Notes: generated by a model not told the origin, from the sequence alone. Counted from the stretch's first letter, positions 38,999 to 49,007 are shown. The stretch is 64,000 bases of DNA from an uncultured Clostridium sp. (GCA_902406115.1 CABPCL010000003.1:48782-112781), one strand, 5' to 3'. Translations and numbers: made by a program.

Positions 38999-39445
38999 TT
39001 GCTTATGAATGAAGATATGTCTAATCTTATGAATCAAATTAATAATATGATGAAGAATAATGAGATACCCGATGATATTAAGAACATGATTAATAGTATT
39101 ACTAATAATTCTGGAAATAATTCAGAAAATTCAAATCAGAATAATTCTGATAATGATACAAACTCAAGTTCTGAAAATCGCGATAGTGCAGACATATCTT
39201 CTAACTCTTCTACTGCTGACGGAGGCTCTATGCCAGAATTTGATATGGGAACAATATTGAAAATGAAGCGTATTATGGATTCGATGAAATCCAATCAAAA
39301 TGATCCAAGAGCAACTTTATTAAAGTCTTTAAAACCCTATTTAAAAGAAAGTAGAAAAGAAAAAGTTGACCAATACATACAGATTTTTGGAATGGGAAAA
39401 GTGTTTGAAATGCTTAACCCCCTAGGTGGTGATCCACACAAATGA
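38999..39445 (+). CDS. Hypothetical protein with N/S-rich low-complexity centre and conserved C-terminal region (possibly YqfQ-like)
   Basis: An AGGAGGG RBS is present. The Asn/Ser-rich middle is followed by the C-terminal block MGTILKMKRIMDSMKSNQNDPRATLLKSLKPYLKESRKEKVDQYIQIFGMGKV. Confidence 0.5.
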   Translation: MLMNEDMSNLMNQINNMMKNNEIPDDIKNMINSITNNSGNNSENSNQNNSDNDTNSSSENRDSADISSNSSTADGGSMPEFDMGTILKMKRIMDSMKSNQNDPRATLLKSLKPYLKESRKEKVDQYIQIFGMGKVFEMLNPLGGDPHK

Positions 39446-39789
39446 TGTATAATTATCCGTTTTATAGTTTTTCTAAAAGATATACCAGATACCCATCATA
39501 CAGTTATGCACAATCGCGAAGTAAAAATTATCCACAATTTGATGGGGTTTTGCCATCCTCGTTTCCACAAAATCCACAAAGAGAATGCTTTTCAAAGCAA
39601 TCAAATTTTAATAGAGACATAAAAAAAGAGCCTCAAAAAGAAGATGATACTGATACATTATTTGAAATATTCGGTATTAAGCTTCATTCTGATGACCTTT
39701 TGTTAATTTGTTTAATATTCTTTTTGTATAAGGAGGGCGTTCAAGATCAATACTTATTTATTGCACTTATTCTTCTCTTGCTAAGCTAG
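39442..39789 (+). CDS. Hypothetical small protein with C-terminal TM
   Basis: The start overlaps the previous stop (ATGATG). The N-terminus is Tyr/Ser/Pro-rich and a hydrophobic C-terminus follows. Confidence 0.4.
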   Translation: MMYNYPFYSFSKRYTRYPSYSYAQSRSKNYPQFDGVLPSSFPQNPQRECFSKQSNFNRDIKKEPQKEDDTDTLFEIFGIKLHSDDLLLICLIFFLYKEGVQDQYLFIALILLLLS

Positions 39790-39803
39790 ATTTAAATTAT
39801 AAA

Positions 39804-39835
39804 ACCCAAATTGAGTTCTATCCTCAATTTGGGTT
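39804..39835. terminator. Bidirectional rho-independent terminator (convergent with minC)
   Basis: A perfect 13-bp stem (AACCCAAATTGAG ... CTCAATTTGGGTT) has A/T tracts on both sides. Confidence 0.7.
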
Positions 39836-39889
39836 AAAATAAATATCTTTTTAGTGTTTAGTTATTTCAGCTAGTTCAGCTTTAATGTA

Positions 39890-40507
39890 TTATTCTAATA
39901 TCATTTCGCCTTTATCATTTATGTACGCAGATGTTTTTATTTCCATAATTTCTCCATCTCGCTTTTCTATTTCCTTTACAATATCAGCAATTCTAATTTG
40001 TGTAGCATATATAGAAACCGCTTCAATTATAGCATCTCTATTACCTTTTGCTCCTGCATGTGCTAATCCTCTTAGGTCACCTAATATAATAATATTTTCT
40101 CCTGCAATTACTTCAGCCCCAGGATTCACATCCCCTATAACTACCAAACTTCCCTCAAATTCAATTCTTTGGCCAGATCTTAATGATCCTTTATGAAATT
40201 TAGTCTCTGAAGTAGCAATTTCTTTGTAAAAGCTTTTCTTAATTCCATGAAGTCCTAAAACTTTAGGGCTGTCAAATTCTATTTGTACATCTAAAAATCT
40301 TTTTATTAAGGATTGTATTTCTTCCATTTCTCTGTTCTTTAAAACTTTTCCTGTAACTAATATTGGTGTTTTATCATCTTTATATAGATTTTTTAGTTCC
40401 AACATTTTTCTTTTTAATTCTGAAATAATATCTCTTTGTTCTGCATTCTCGTCGATTTTAATAATAACCTGATTTTTTTTCATACTAATATTAATATAAT
40501 TTTTCAT
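39890..40507 (-). CDS. minC: Septum site-determining protein MinC
   Basis: The C-terminal beta-helical domain is present (GSLRSGQRIEFEGSLVVIGDVNPGAEVIAGENIIILGDLRGLAHAG). The protein is 205 aa. Confidence 0.85.
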   Translation of the reverse strand: MKNYINISMKKNQVIIKIDENAEQRDIISELKRKMLELKNLYKDDKTPILVTGKVLKNREMEEIQSLIKRFLDVQIEFDSPKVLGLHGIKKSFYKEIATSETKFHKGSLRSGQRIEFEGSLVVIGDVNPGAEVIAGENIIILGDLRGLAHAGAKGNRDAIIEAVSIYATQIRIADIVKEIEKRDGEIMEIKTSAYINDKGEMILE

Positions 40508-40524
40508 ACATTTTACATCCTTTC

Positions 40525-42627
40525 TTATCTAACACTTTCGCTACTAGAAATTGCTTGCATGTTTTCTGTTACAGAGTTAGCATTCATACCAAAATATTCT
40601 GCTATTATTTGTTTTGCTACTTCTGCTGTATAGCCTCCTGTTCCACCTTTTTCAACTAATACTACAACAGCTATCTCAGGATCATCATAAGGTGCAAATC
40701 CAACAAACCATGCATGTGCCCCATCTTTTCCGTCTACTCCTATTTGCGCTGACCCTGTTTTTCCTCCAAGTTCAATATTAAAATCTGCAAATGTAGAGTA
40801 TGCTGTACCCCCAGATTCGCTTGTAACACCTTTCATACCTTTTAATATTGCTTGAATATTTTCTGACTTTACATTTAAGTCTTCTGTTTTTTGATCTTTT
40901 AATCCTAGCTTTTCATTTGTATATTTATTTATTTCTTCTTTTGAAACCTCTGTACCATCTGCTTTTATTATAGATTTTATTAATGTTACATCTATATCTT
41001 TTCCACCGTTTGCTAACATACTAACATATTTAGCCATTTGTAATGGAGAAAAACTGTTGTAACTTTGTCCTATCGCAGCAGATAATGTATCTCCCAAATA
41101 CCAATCTGCTCCATTTATGTCTTTTGCTACTTGTGGTGACGCTAATATTCCACTAGTTTCTCCTTCTAATTCTATTCCTGTCTTCTTTCCTAGTCCTAAA
41201 TAGTTAGCATATTTTGCTATACCATCTATTCCGACTCTATAGCCAAGCTCATAGAAGAAGTAGTTACAAGAATGTTTTATTGCTTGTGATACATTTAAAT
41301 ATCCATGTCCAGAACGATAGCTTGTATAATACCAACAAACTGGATTGCCACCTCTTGGATATATTCCTGTATCGTTAATTGTTGATTTTGTTGTGATTTT
41401 GTTTGTTTCTAGTCCTGCAAGTGCCACTGCCATTTTAAATGTAGATCCAGGTGCATAGTTTCCACTTACTGCTCTATTGTATAGGTTATTTTCCTTTTTG
41501 TATGAGTTATATGTTTTTTCACTAATACCTTTTACAAAAAGTCCCGGCTCGTAATCTGGATAACTTGCAAGAGCAAGTACCTCTCCTGTTTTTACATTCA
41601 TAACAACTACGGCTCCTGCTTTTGCATCTCTCTTTTTTCCAAATCCACCACTAGCAATTTTTTTAATGTTTGCTTTTAATGCTTTTTCAGCCACAGCTTG
41701 TAAGTTTGCATCTATTGTAAGAACAACATCTGAACCAGCAACTGCTTCCTTCGATACATATTCACTTGTAATTGTACCATCTACTGCCATATCAATTTGT
41801 TTTATTCCATCCTGACCTTTTAAATAATCCTCAAAAATGTATTGTACTCCATTTTTTCCTATAACATCATCATTTCTGTATGTACTTTCTCTTGTTGCAT
41901 ATTCTTCTTCATCTATAGCTCCTACATAACCTAAAATATGTGAAGCTAAGCTTCCAGAAGTATATTTTACAATTGGCTCTGTTATGATATTCATTCCAGA
42001 AAAACTGCTATTTTGCTCTCTTATTTTAACTGCACTGTTTCTACTAATATCACTTGCAATTTTAACAGATCTTGTTGCACTATATCCGTTTCTTGTAATT
42101 TCATACCTTACTGCCATTATTTTTCTTGCTTGATCTAAATCATCATTTTCGATTTTATATTTGTCCTTCAAGAAATTAAAAGCCTGTTCAGCAGTAGCAT
42201 TTTCATCTATATTATTGTTTTTCTTCCATTCTTTCTGGTCTTTTTCTTCTTTCTGTGTAAATTTAAAAGGATTAACTTTTATAGGAAGATTGTCTACAAA
42301 CTTATCTTTATTTTCTTCTAGTATTTTAATCATAGTATCTATTGCAGAATTTATGGTTGCATCGTCTGCTTTTGTTTGATATATTTCCAATCCAAAACCG
42401 GTTTCATTTGTAACCAGCTCAATTCCCGTTCTATCTTTTATAGAGCCTCTTGCTGCTCTTAATACAGATTCTCTCGTTAGCCTTGTATTTGAAGTTTCTC
42501 TGTAATCTTCTCCATGTATAATTTGTAGGTTAAAAAGTTGAATAAGTAAAATGATACCTACTATATATACAACTGTAGTTAATAAATTATATCTGAGTTT
42601 ACTACTTCTATCATTTATTTTGTTCAA
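40525..42627 (-). CDS. Penicillin-binding protein 2 (class B peptidoglycan D,D-transpeptidase of the MreBCD cluster)
   Basis: An N-terminal TM, a PBP dimerisation domain and the transpeptidase motifs SxxK (STFK), SxN (SCN) and KTG (KTGSA) are present. Confidence 0.9.
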   Translation of the reverse strand: MNKINDRSSKLRYNLLTTVVYIVGIILLIQLFNLQIIHGEDYRETSNTRLTRESVLRAARGSIKDRTGIELVTNETGFGLEIYQTKADDATINSAIDTMIKILEENKDKFVDNLPIKVNPFKFTQKEEKDQKEWKKNNNIDENATAEQAFNFLKDKYKIENDDLDQARKIMAVRYEITRNGYSATRSVKIASDISRNSAVKIREQNSSFSGMNIITEPIVKYTSGSLASHILGYVGAIDEEEYATRESTYRNDDVIGKNGVQYIFEDYLKGQDGIKQIDMAVDGTITSEYVSKEAVAGSDVVLTIDANLQAVAEKALKANIKKIASGGFGKKRDAKAGAVVVMNVKTGEVLALASYPDYEPGLFVKGISEKTYNSYKKENNLYNRAVSGNYAPGSTFKMAVALAGLETNKITTKSTINDTGIYPRGGNPVCWYYTSYRSGHGYLNVSQAIKHSCNYFFYELGYRVGIDGIAKYANYLGLGKKTGIELEGETSGILASPQVAKDINGADWYLGDTLSAAIGQSYNSFSPLQMAKYVSMLANGGKDIDVTLIKSIIKADGTEVSKEEINKYTNEKLGLKDQKTEDLNVKSENIQAILKGMKGVTSESGGTAYSTFADFNIELGGKTGSAQIGVDGKDGAHAWFVGFAPYDDPEIAVVVLVEKGGTGGYTAEVAKQIIAEYFGMNANSVTENMQAISSSESVR

Positions 42628-42659
42628 CTTTTCACCTCCATATTATGTTTTAAATGTTT

Positions 42660-43202
42660 CTAAAAATATCTTGTTAAAATGCTTTTTACTTTAAATGTAT
42701 TTTCTAAAGCATACCCTGCTTTTTGTATAATAGGGTAAAGAATTACAACTATTATTGAATTGTATATAGCTTCTACAAATAATATTTTTAAGAAACTATA
42801 TAACTCGAATTGAATCCCTAATCTGAAAATATAATAAATATATTCTCCTACTTCATATAAAAACGTACATCCTATAACCATTAAAATCATTGTGATTCTG
42901 CTTTCCTTAGAGAAGTTTTTATCTAAATAGTCTCCTAAAAAGCCAATTATAGCTAGTAAAATTCCAGATATTCCAATGGTCCTTCCTATTAACAAATCTA
43001 AATACGTTCCAAATATAAATCCTAAAGTTATTCCCACTCTTTTACCTGAAAATAATCCAATAAACAAAGCAAAAATAACAAATAAGCTTGGTTTTATTTT
43101 TGCTATTGTGAACCAACTAAAAAAGTTTGCTTGTAAAAAATATATAATGAAAAATGCTACTATTAAGCATATTATTGCCAATGTTTTTTTCAATTGATTC
43201 AC
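42660..43202 (-). CDS. mreD: Rod shape-determining protein MreD
   Basis: The protein is 180 aa and polytopic, and sits directly downstream of mreC. Confidence 0.8.
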   Translation of the reverse strand: MNQLKKTLAIICLIVAFFIIYFLQANFFSWFTIAKIKPSLFVIFALFIGLFSGKRVGITLGFIFGTYLDLLIGRTIGISGILLAIIGFLGDYLDKNFSKESRITMILMVIGCTFLYEVGEYIYYIFRLGIQFELYSFLKILFVEAIYNSIIVVILYPIIQKAGYALENTFKVKSILTRYF

Positions 43203-43213
43203 TCCCTTTCAAT

Positions 43214-44035
43214 TTAGTTGCTGTTTAAAATTACTAAAACTGTATCAAGTTTTGAAAAATCTACTGATGTTTCAACTGTAGCATATCTATCTGTAATGTT
43301 CTTCGTGTTAAAAATTTCCTTAATCGTTCCTATATGAATTCCTTTTGGATAGATACCACCTATTCCAGATGTTTCTATACTATCTCCTTGTATCAAACTT
43401 GCATCGGTTGGTATATATGTTGCTTTTAATTCACTTTTGTTTTCTAAAGTTCCTTGAACAATAATAGTATCTTTTGTAGTACTTATTGTACTTGTTACAG
43501 CTGTTGCTGTATCTACAACTGTTTGAACCTTAGATGTATGATCTGTTGTAGATATAACATGTCCTACTAGTCCTTGATCCGCTATTACTGTCATATTCTC
43601 TTTTATACCATCCTTTGATCCCACATTTATAACAACCGTATTGCTGTAGTTACCTATGTCTCTATTTATAACATAGGCAGGAATTGTGCTGTAACTTTTA
43701 TATTTATCTTTCAAATTCACGTATTCTTTTAAAGTTTCATTTTCTGATTTTACAATTTCAAGTTCTCTTAGTGCTTGTTCTAATTCACTATTTTTCTTTT
43801 TTAATTCTTCATTTTCATTTTGTAAATTATTAATATTTTCAAAGAATTGATTGTTTCCTGATATCTTGTTTTTCAAATAAGTTAAGCCATTTTGTATTGG
43901 CATAACTAATGTGTTAACCACATTTTCAACATATGAAACTTTGGCAATATCAGTATTTGTAATGATAACTAAGAAAATTAAAATAATTATTGTTACTATA
44001 ATTCCTATAATTCCTGTTTTCTTATTTCTATACAT
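43214..44035 (-). CDS. mreC: Rod shape-determining protein MreC
   Basis: An N-terminal TM is followed by a coiled coil (NENEELKKKNSELEQALRELE) and a C-terminal beta domain. Confidence 0.85.
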   Translation of the reverse strand: MYRNKKTGIIGIIVTIIILIFLVIITNTDIAKVSYVENVVNTLVMPIQNGLTYLKNKISGNNQFFENINNLQNENEELKKKNSELEQALRELEIVKSENETLKEYVNLKDKYKSYSTIPAYVINRDIGNYSNTVVINVGSKDGIKENMTVIADQGLVGHVISTTDHTSKVQTVVDTATAVTSTISTTKDTIIVQGTLENKSELKATYIPTDASLIQGDSIETSGIGGIYPKGIHIGTIKEIFNTKNITDRYATVETSVDFSKLDTVLVILNSN

Positions 44036-44051
44036 ATATTATCTCCTGGAT

Positions 44052-45083
44052 TTATCTTCTTTTCCTAGAATTAATTAAAACTGTTTTTAATCTTTCTAAA
44101 TCATCTAGCGTCTTTCCTGTTCCCTTTACAACACAGTCTAAAGGATCATCTGCTATATATACTGGCATTTCTGTTCTTATTGATAATAACTTGTCCAAAT
44201 TCTTAATTAACGCTCCCCCTCCAGCAAGTACAATTCCTTTTTCCATAATATCCGATGCTAATTCTGGTGGTGTTCTTTCTAATGTTTGTTTTACTACTTC
44301 TACAATTTTATCAATAGATTCTTGCATAGCACTTTGCATTTCATTTGATGTAATTGTAGTTGTTTCAGGAAGTCCACTTGTTAAATCTCTACCTCTTATC
44401 TCCATACTCATTTCAGTAACAAGAGGCATTGCACATCCTATCTCTTTTTTAGCTTGTTCAGCAGTTGTACTTCCTATTGCTAAATTCTTTTCACGTTTTA
44501 TATAGTTTACAATGTCTTCGTCTAGGTCGTCTCCCGCTATTCTTATAGAATTGCTAACTACAACTCCTCCTAAAGATATTACTGCAACTTCAGTAGTTCC
44601 TCCACCTATATCAACAATAATATTTCCGCTTGGCTCTGCTATGTCCATATTTGCACCAATTGCAGCTGCCATTGGTTCTTCAATTAAATATACTTCCTTT
44701 GCTCCTGCCTGTAATATTGACTCTTCAACCGCTCTTTCTTCTACTTCTGTAATTCCCGAAGGAACTCCAACAACAACTCTTGGTTTTCCTATACTATATC
44801 TTTGGCATATTTTATATATTATATTTTTAAGCATTAATTGGGTTGCTGTAAAGTCTGCTATAACGCCATCTTTTAGTGGTCTAACTGCTTTTATTCTTTC
44901 TGGCGTTCTACCTAGCATTTCTTTTGCTTCATACCCAGTTGCAAGGATTTCTCTTGTTTTTATATCTAATGCAACAACTGAAGGCTCATTTAAAATAATT
45001 CCTTTTCCTTTTAGAGTAACTAGTATATTAGCTGTTCCTAAATCAATTCCAATATCCTTTGAACCTAATCCAAAAAATTTCAT
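44052..45083 (-). CDS. mreB: Rod shape-determining protein MreB (actin homolog)
   Basis: The sequence FFGLGSKDIGIDLGTANILV is the actin-fold phosphate-1 motif. The start is taken at MKFF (45083), immediately after the radC stop. Confidence 0.9.
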   Translation of the reverse strand: MKFFGLGSKDIGIDLGTANILVTLKGKGIILNEPSVVALDIKTREILATGYEAKEMLGRTPERIKAVRPLKDGVIADFTATQLMLKNIIYKICQRYSIGKPRVVVGVPSGITEVEERAVEESILQAGAKEVYLIEEPMAAAIGANMDIAEPSGNIIVDIGGGTTEVAVISLGGVVVSNSIRIAGDDLDEDIVNYIKREKNLAIGSTTAEQAKKEIGCAMPLVTEMSMEIRGRDLTSGLPETTTITSNEMQSAMQESIDKIVEVVKQTLERTPPELASDIMEKGIVLAGGGALIKNLDKLLSIRTEMPVYIADDPLDCVVKGTGKTLDDLERLKTVLINSRKRR

Positions 45084-45084
45084 T

Positions 45085-45789
45085 TTAATCACTTTTTCCT
45101 TTCTGATTTTTGATATAATAAAAAATACTTTCAAATTTAGAATCTCCAATTACTACATGATCCAACAATTCTATGCCTATAACTGAAGACGCTTGTATTA
45201 GTCTGTTTGTAAAATTAATATCTTCACTACTCGGTGTTGGATCACCACTTGGATGATTATGTACTAAAATAATTTTTGGAGCACCCATTTTAACTGCATC
45301 TATGAGAGCATCTCTTGGTTTTAGTATAGCAGAATTCTCAGTTCCTAAACATATATCTGTAACTTTCATAACTATATTTTTTATATTTAGTATAATAACC
45401 TTTACAAGCTCTCGTTTTTCATATTTTAGTTCATCATTTAATAAATTCGCAACATCTTGTGGACATTTAATTTGTACCTTTGTATTTTCAATTGGTCTTG
45501 AAATTCTTTTGGCAATTTCGCACACAGCTTTTAACTGTATTGCCTTTACTTTACCAATCCCCTTAATACTCATAAATTCTTCAATAGACATATCTTGTAT
45601 AAATCTCAAATTGTCGCTATTCTTGTTTTTCATCGAAAGTATCTTTTGTGCAGTACTAATTGAACTTTCATTCCTTGTACCGCTTTTTATAATTATCGCT
45701 AGTAACTCTGCGTTAGATAATGTATGTGCTCCATACATTTCTAACTTTTCATATGGTCTTTCTGACTGTGGGAGTTCTTTCATTTTCAT
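45085..45789 (-). CDS. radC: RadC-like JAB/MPN domain protein (UPF0758)
   Basis: An HhH N-domain is followed by the JAMM motif HNHPSGDPTPSSEDI. The maf/radC-mreBCD arrangement is conserved. Confidence 0.85.
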   Translation of the reverse strand: MKMKELPQSERPYEKLEMYGAHTLSNAELLAIIIKSGTRNESSISTAQKILSMKNKNSDNLRFIQDMSIEEFMSIKGIGKVKAIQLKAVCEIAKRISRPIENTKVQIKCPQDVANLLNDELKYEKRELVKVIILNIKNIVMKVTDICLGTENSAILKPRDALIDAVKMGAPKIILVHNHPSGDPTPSSEDINFTNRLIQASSVIGIELLDHVVIGDSKFESIFYYIKNQKGKSD

Positions 45790-45853
45790 TAAAATATCAA
45801 TCCTTTCAAAAACCCCCGAATATTTATATTGCTATTTTATATTGCTCTATTGT

Positions 45854-46111
45854 TTAGACTTTTCTGTATATAAATATAGCAAGTATCATTCCAATAATGC
45901 TTGATATATTTATTTTAAACATTAAACCAAATGTAATTTTTATTACACTTAAATTTAATTCAATAGGCTGTGAGAACCCAAAAGACTCTCCATAGGATAA
46001 CCACCATAGAAAATCTATTTTTGATGCTAGCTCACCTAATAGTCCACCAACAACAATTCCACATAATATAAATAAAACTAAAATCCAAATATTTTTTTCT
46101 CTTGTAGCCAC
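45854..46111 (-). CDS. Small membrane protein (DUF4321-like)
   Basis: The protein is 85 aa with two TM segments, in the position commonly found upstream of radC-mreB in Clostridia. Confidence 0.55.
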   Translation of the reverse strand: MATREKNIWILVLFILCGIVVGGLLGELASKIDFLWWLSYGESFGFSQPIELNLSVIKITFGLMFKINISSIIGMILAIFIYRKV

Positions 46112-46395
46112 TATTTTTCCTCCTTCATTTGTTTTGCAATCTACAACCTATATAATCTTTAATTCTATAGGATATAATATATAAAAAATTCAATTTATAC
46201 TCCTAAGTATTATATACGGAAAAGCTCTTTTTTTCAATACAAACAGGAAAGTTTTTCTATTTATTTTTTATTGTATATATGTTAAAATATAAATTATAAT
46301 TATTTACTTTTTATTAGCTTTATGCTATATTAATTAGTACCTTTTTATGAAGAATATAATATGATATATAAAAATAACATTATGGAGGCTATTTA

Positions 46396-47037
46396 ATGAA
46401 GTTTGAAAAACTTAGCGAAAATAAAATAAGAATTACTTTAACAGTCAATGACCTAAAGGAAAAAGATATTAATTTTCATGATTTCATGTCTAATCCATTA
46501 GAATCTCAAGACATATTTTTAGATATACTTAAAGAAGCTAAAGAAAAAATAGGTTTTAATACAACAGACTACAAAGTAAAAATAGAAGCTCTAGCTATGA
46601 TAGATGGCGATTTTATAGTTAACATTACTAGAATGTTAGAAAATGAAAAAATTTTATCTAGCAATACTTTAAGTAAGAAAAAATTTAAAGTACGTAGAAA
46701 AAATTTAACACCAAAATCGAACCAAGCAATATATAAATTCGAATCATTTGATGATTATTGCTATTTTGTACAATTTTTATCACAAAATGGATTAAATAAT
46801 TCATATTTGATTTCAAAAAAATGTGTTGTCTATATGTATGAGAATGCATACTACTTAATTTTTAGCAATATTAATGAAAAATATAGTAGTCTTTTAAAAT
46901 TTTATTCATCTATTACAGAATTTGCTACATACATTAACAACTCCACCTTGTTCATTTCCAAATTATATGAGTGTGGAAAGATTGTTATAAAAAACAATGC
47001 ATTAAAAATTAGTTTAAACCATTTTCAAAAAGTTTAA
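46396..47037 (+). CDS. mecA: Adaptor protein MecA (ClpC adaptor)
   Basis: The N-terminal domain (MKFEKLSENKIRITLTVNDLKEKDINFHDF...) and the overall ~213-aa two-domain layout resemble MecA. Confidence 0.6.
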   Translation: MKFEKLSENKIRITLTVNDLKEKDINFHDFMSNPLESQDIFLDILKEAKEKIGFNTTDYKVKIEALAMIDGDFIVNITRMLENEKILSSNTLSKKKFKVRRKNLTPKSNQAIYKFESFDDYCYFVQFLSQNGLNNSYLISKKCVVYMYENAYYLIFSNINEKYSSLLKFYSSITEFATYINNSTLFISKLYECGKIVIKNNALKISLNHFQKV

Positions 47038-47082
47038 ATTAATAAATATTTAATCAATAATAAATAATTAATAATCAATAGT

Positions 47083-47137
47083 AAAAAAACAACCCCAAAT
47101 GTTAAACTCTTTTGTTTAACGTTTGGGGCTTTTTTAT
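47083..47137. terminator. Bidirectional rho-independent terminator after mecA, convergent with the M23 peptidase gene
   Basis: The stem AACCCCAAA(T)GTTAAAC / GTTTAACGTTTGGGG is followed by TTTTTT. Confidence 0.75.
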
Positions 47138-47145
47138 GTTCTATT

Positions 47146-48165
47146 TTAATATACATAGTTTTGCGGATTGTATGTAATTCCATTTTTTCTTACTTCTAGG
47201 TGTAAGTGGTTTCCGGTTGAATTACCTGTTGAGCCAACTTTAGCAATTACTTCACCTTGGCTTATTGTTTGACCTTTGCTAACTAAAAGTTGACTACAGT
47301 GTGCATATACAGTTTGAACTCCATTTGCATGTGCAATTACAACGTAATTTCCGTATCCATCTCCAGCATTACCAGAGTATGTAACAGTACCTGCAGCAGC
47401 TGCTTTTATTGGTGTTCCTCTTGGAGCTGCAATGTCAAGTCCAGAGTGTGTGTGACTTCTTACGCTATCATTGCTACCAAATCTAGACATTATAATTCCA
47501 GAAATAGGTCTTATAAGTGTAATTCCTAGCTCAATTTTTTGGTATGATCTTCCTGAACTATAATTAGAGGCTGATGGTGCTGAATAGTTAGAATAGCTAC
47601 TTGTATATACTACTTTCTCTTCATATAGTTTTGAAATTGATTTTTCTACACTGGTAAATTCTTTTATTTTTGTATCGTATTTTTCAACTATACCTATATC
47701 TTTTATATTAGCACTGTCTTTTTTCTTCAACTGTGCAACTATTTTTTCTGCATCTTTAAAGCTCGCTACATATACTTTTTCTTTCTTTTCATCTGTAATT
47801 GCATAGTATTTATAATATTTAGTTCCATTATCCGTTACTTTTGCAAATATTTCTTCATCATTTGTGCTAATTCCATTTTTTAATAAACATAGTTTATATG
47901 TTGGCATTGCATCTACTTGAACAAATGCTATATTCTCTTCTTCATTTGCAGAAATATATTTGTTAATTCTGCTTTGTAAATTACTTTTATCTGCTGTATA
48001 TCCTATCACTTCGCCATTTAGAGTAACCGAGTAAGTTGGATGATAGAAAAGTACAGTAATTCCTATTATCAAAAAAATAGCTAAAATTGTTAATGCAATA
48101 AATTTAACTGACGCTCTAACTGCAATAGTAACTTTTCTAAAATTATTAATTGTAAACACTCCCAT
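47146..48165 (-). CDS. M23 family metallopeptidase (LytM domain) with N-terminal TM
   Basis: The LytM motifs HTHSGLDIAAP...GNYVVIAHANG...HLHLEV are present. Confidence 0.85.
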   Translation of the reverse strand: MGVFTINNFRKVTIAVRASVKFIALTILAIFLIIGITVLFYHPTYSVTLNGEVIGYTADKSNLQSRINKYISANEEENIAFVQVDAMPTYKLCLLKNGISTNDEEIFAKVTDNGTKYYKYYAITDEKKEKVYVASFKDAEKIVAQLKKKDSANIKDIGIVEKYDTKIKEFTSVEKSISKLYEEKVVYTSSYSNYSAPSASNYSSGRSYQKIELGITLIRPISGIIMSRFGSNDSVRSHTHSGLDIAAPRGTPIKAAAAGTVTYSGNAGDGYGNYVVIAHANGVQTVYAHCSQLLVSKGQTISQGEVIAKVGSTGNSTGNHLHLEVRKNGITYNPQNYVY

Positions 48166-48223
48166 CTCGTAAATAAATTATACCAATTTATTTACTATAA
48201 TATTTTACAGATGTATTTTATAT

Positions 48224-48271
48224 GAAAAAAAGATTTTAAACAATAATAATTTGTGTTTAAAATCTTTTTTT
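48224..48271. terminator. Rho-independent terminator downstream of the CotF-like genes
   Basis: A perfect 18-bp stem (AAAAAAAGATTTTAAACA ... TGTTTAAAATCTTTTTTT) is present. Confidence 0.8.
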
Positions 48272-48343
48272 ATCTTATTTCCGTAAGCGTATTCTCTTTT
48301 TATCTCGCTTAATCTCTATTTTTCTTTTTCTATCTTATTTGAT

Positions 48344-48589
48344 CTATTGTTGTAATTCGGTTTTTACTGTTTGTATCTCTGTAACAGTAGCTGGTTGTGC
48401 AGGTTTGTAATATCCTTTTGCTTGAGCAGTTTTGAAAAGTTCATATTGAAAACTTTCATCATTATTTCTAATTTGTTGGAAAGTCTGTCTTAATTGCATA
48501 TTTTCTGCTTCTGAAATAGCAGTTTGATAATCTGTTAAACTTGCCTTTACTCCTGATAATATATCATTTACCATTGTCTTTTCGTCCAT
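48344..48589 (-). CDS. Spore coat protein F-like (Coat_F domain) small protein
   Basis: The sequence DILSGVKASLTDYQTAISEAENMQLRQTFQQI matches the Coat_F signature. Confidence 0.6.
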   Translation of the reverse strand: MDEKTMVNDILSGVKASLTDYQTAISEAENMQLRQTFQQIRNNDESFQYELFKTAQAKGYYKPAQPATVTEIQTVKTELQQ

Positions 48590-48605
48590 ACTTCTTCCTC
48601 CCTAA

Positions 48606-48794
48606 TTACGAATTTAAAAATGACATCAATTTTTGCTTTGTATTTAAAGCATCTTGTGCTGACTTTGTAAACATTTGCTTTATTTGTGGATCCACAGCCT
48701 GTGATGCATAAGTATTTAATTTTTGGTAAGATGTCTCATGTGCACCTATTAAATGTCTTAAATGTTGTAATTCTACTTGACTTAAATTTGCCAT
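48606..48794 (-). CDS. Spore coat protein F-like small protein (partner of the downstream gene)
   Basis: The sequence LSQVELQHLRHLIGAHETSYQKL resembles the Coat_F N-terminal helix. The pair resembles yraD/yraF-type tandem small coat proteins. Confidence 0.5.
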   Translation of the reverse strand: MANLSQVELQHLRHLIGAHETSYQKLNTYASQAVDPQIKQMFTKSAQDALNTKQKLMSFLNS

Positions 48795-48966
48795 AGTATT
48801 CCTCCTTTATCAACAACTTTCTTTGAAATAAAAACTTTTTTATTCACATAATTATTATTGTTATTTTTTCTATTTTTATTCATTTTTAATTTTTAAAATT
48901 TTCAAAAATTGAATAATGTAGATCAAAAATATTTGAATTCATAAAAAAATAAAGGTATGTTATTTT

Positions 48967-49007
48967 TGTGGATAACACACCTTTATTTTCGCCTTGTTTG
49001 TGGATAA
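48967..49007. promoter_or_regulatory. Two perfect DnaA-box matches (TGTGGATAA = rc TTATCCACA) in direct orientation, 32 bp apart
   Basis: The boxes lie at 48967..48975 and 48999..49007. The second abuts the pcrA stop codon. They sit between pcrA and the CotF-like genes. Confidence 0.35.

Noticed and set aside
48344-48794. The two CotF-like ORFs considered as one frameshifted cotF gene
   Set aside because: They are separated by a 16-nt spacer and each has its own start. Tandem small Coat_F-domain genes are common, so I kept them as two genes, though a split is not excluded.
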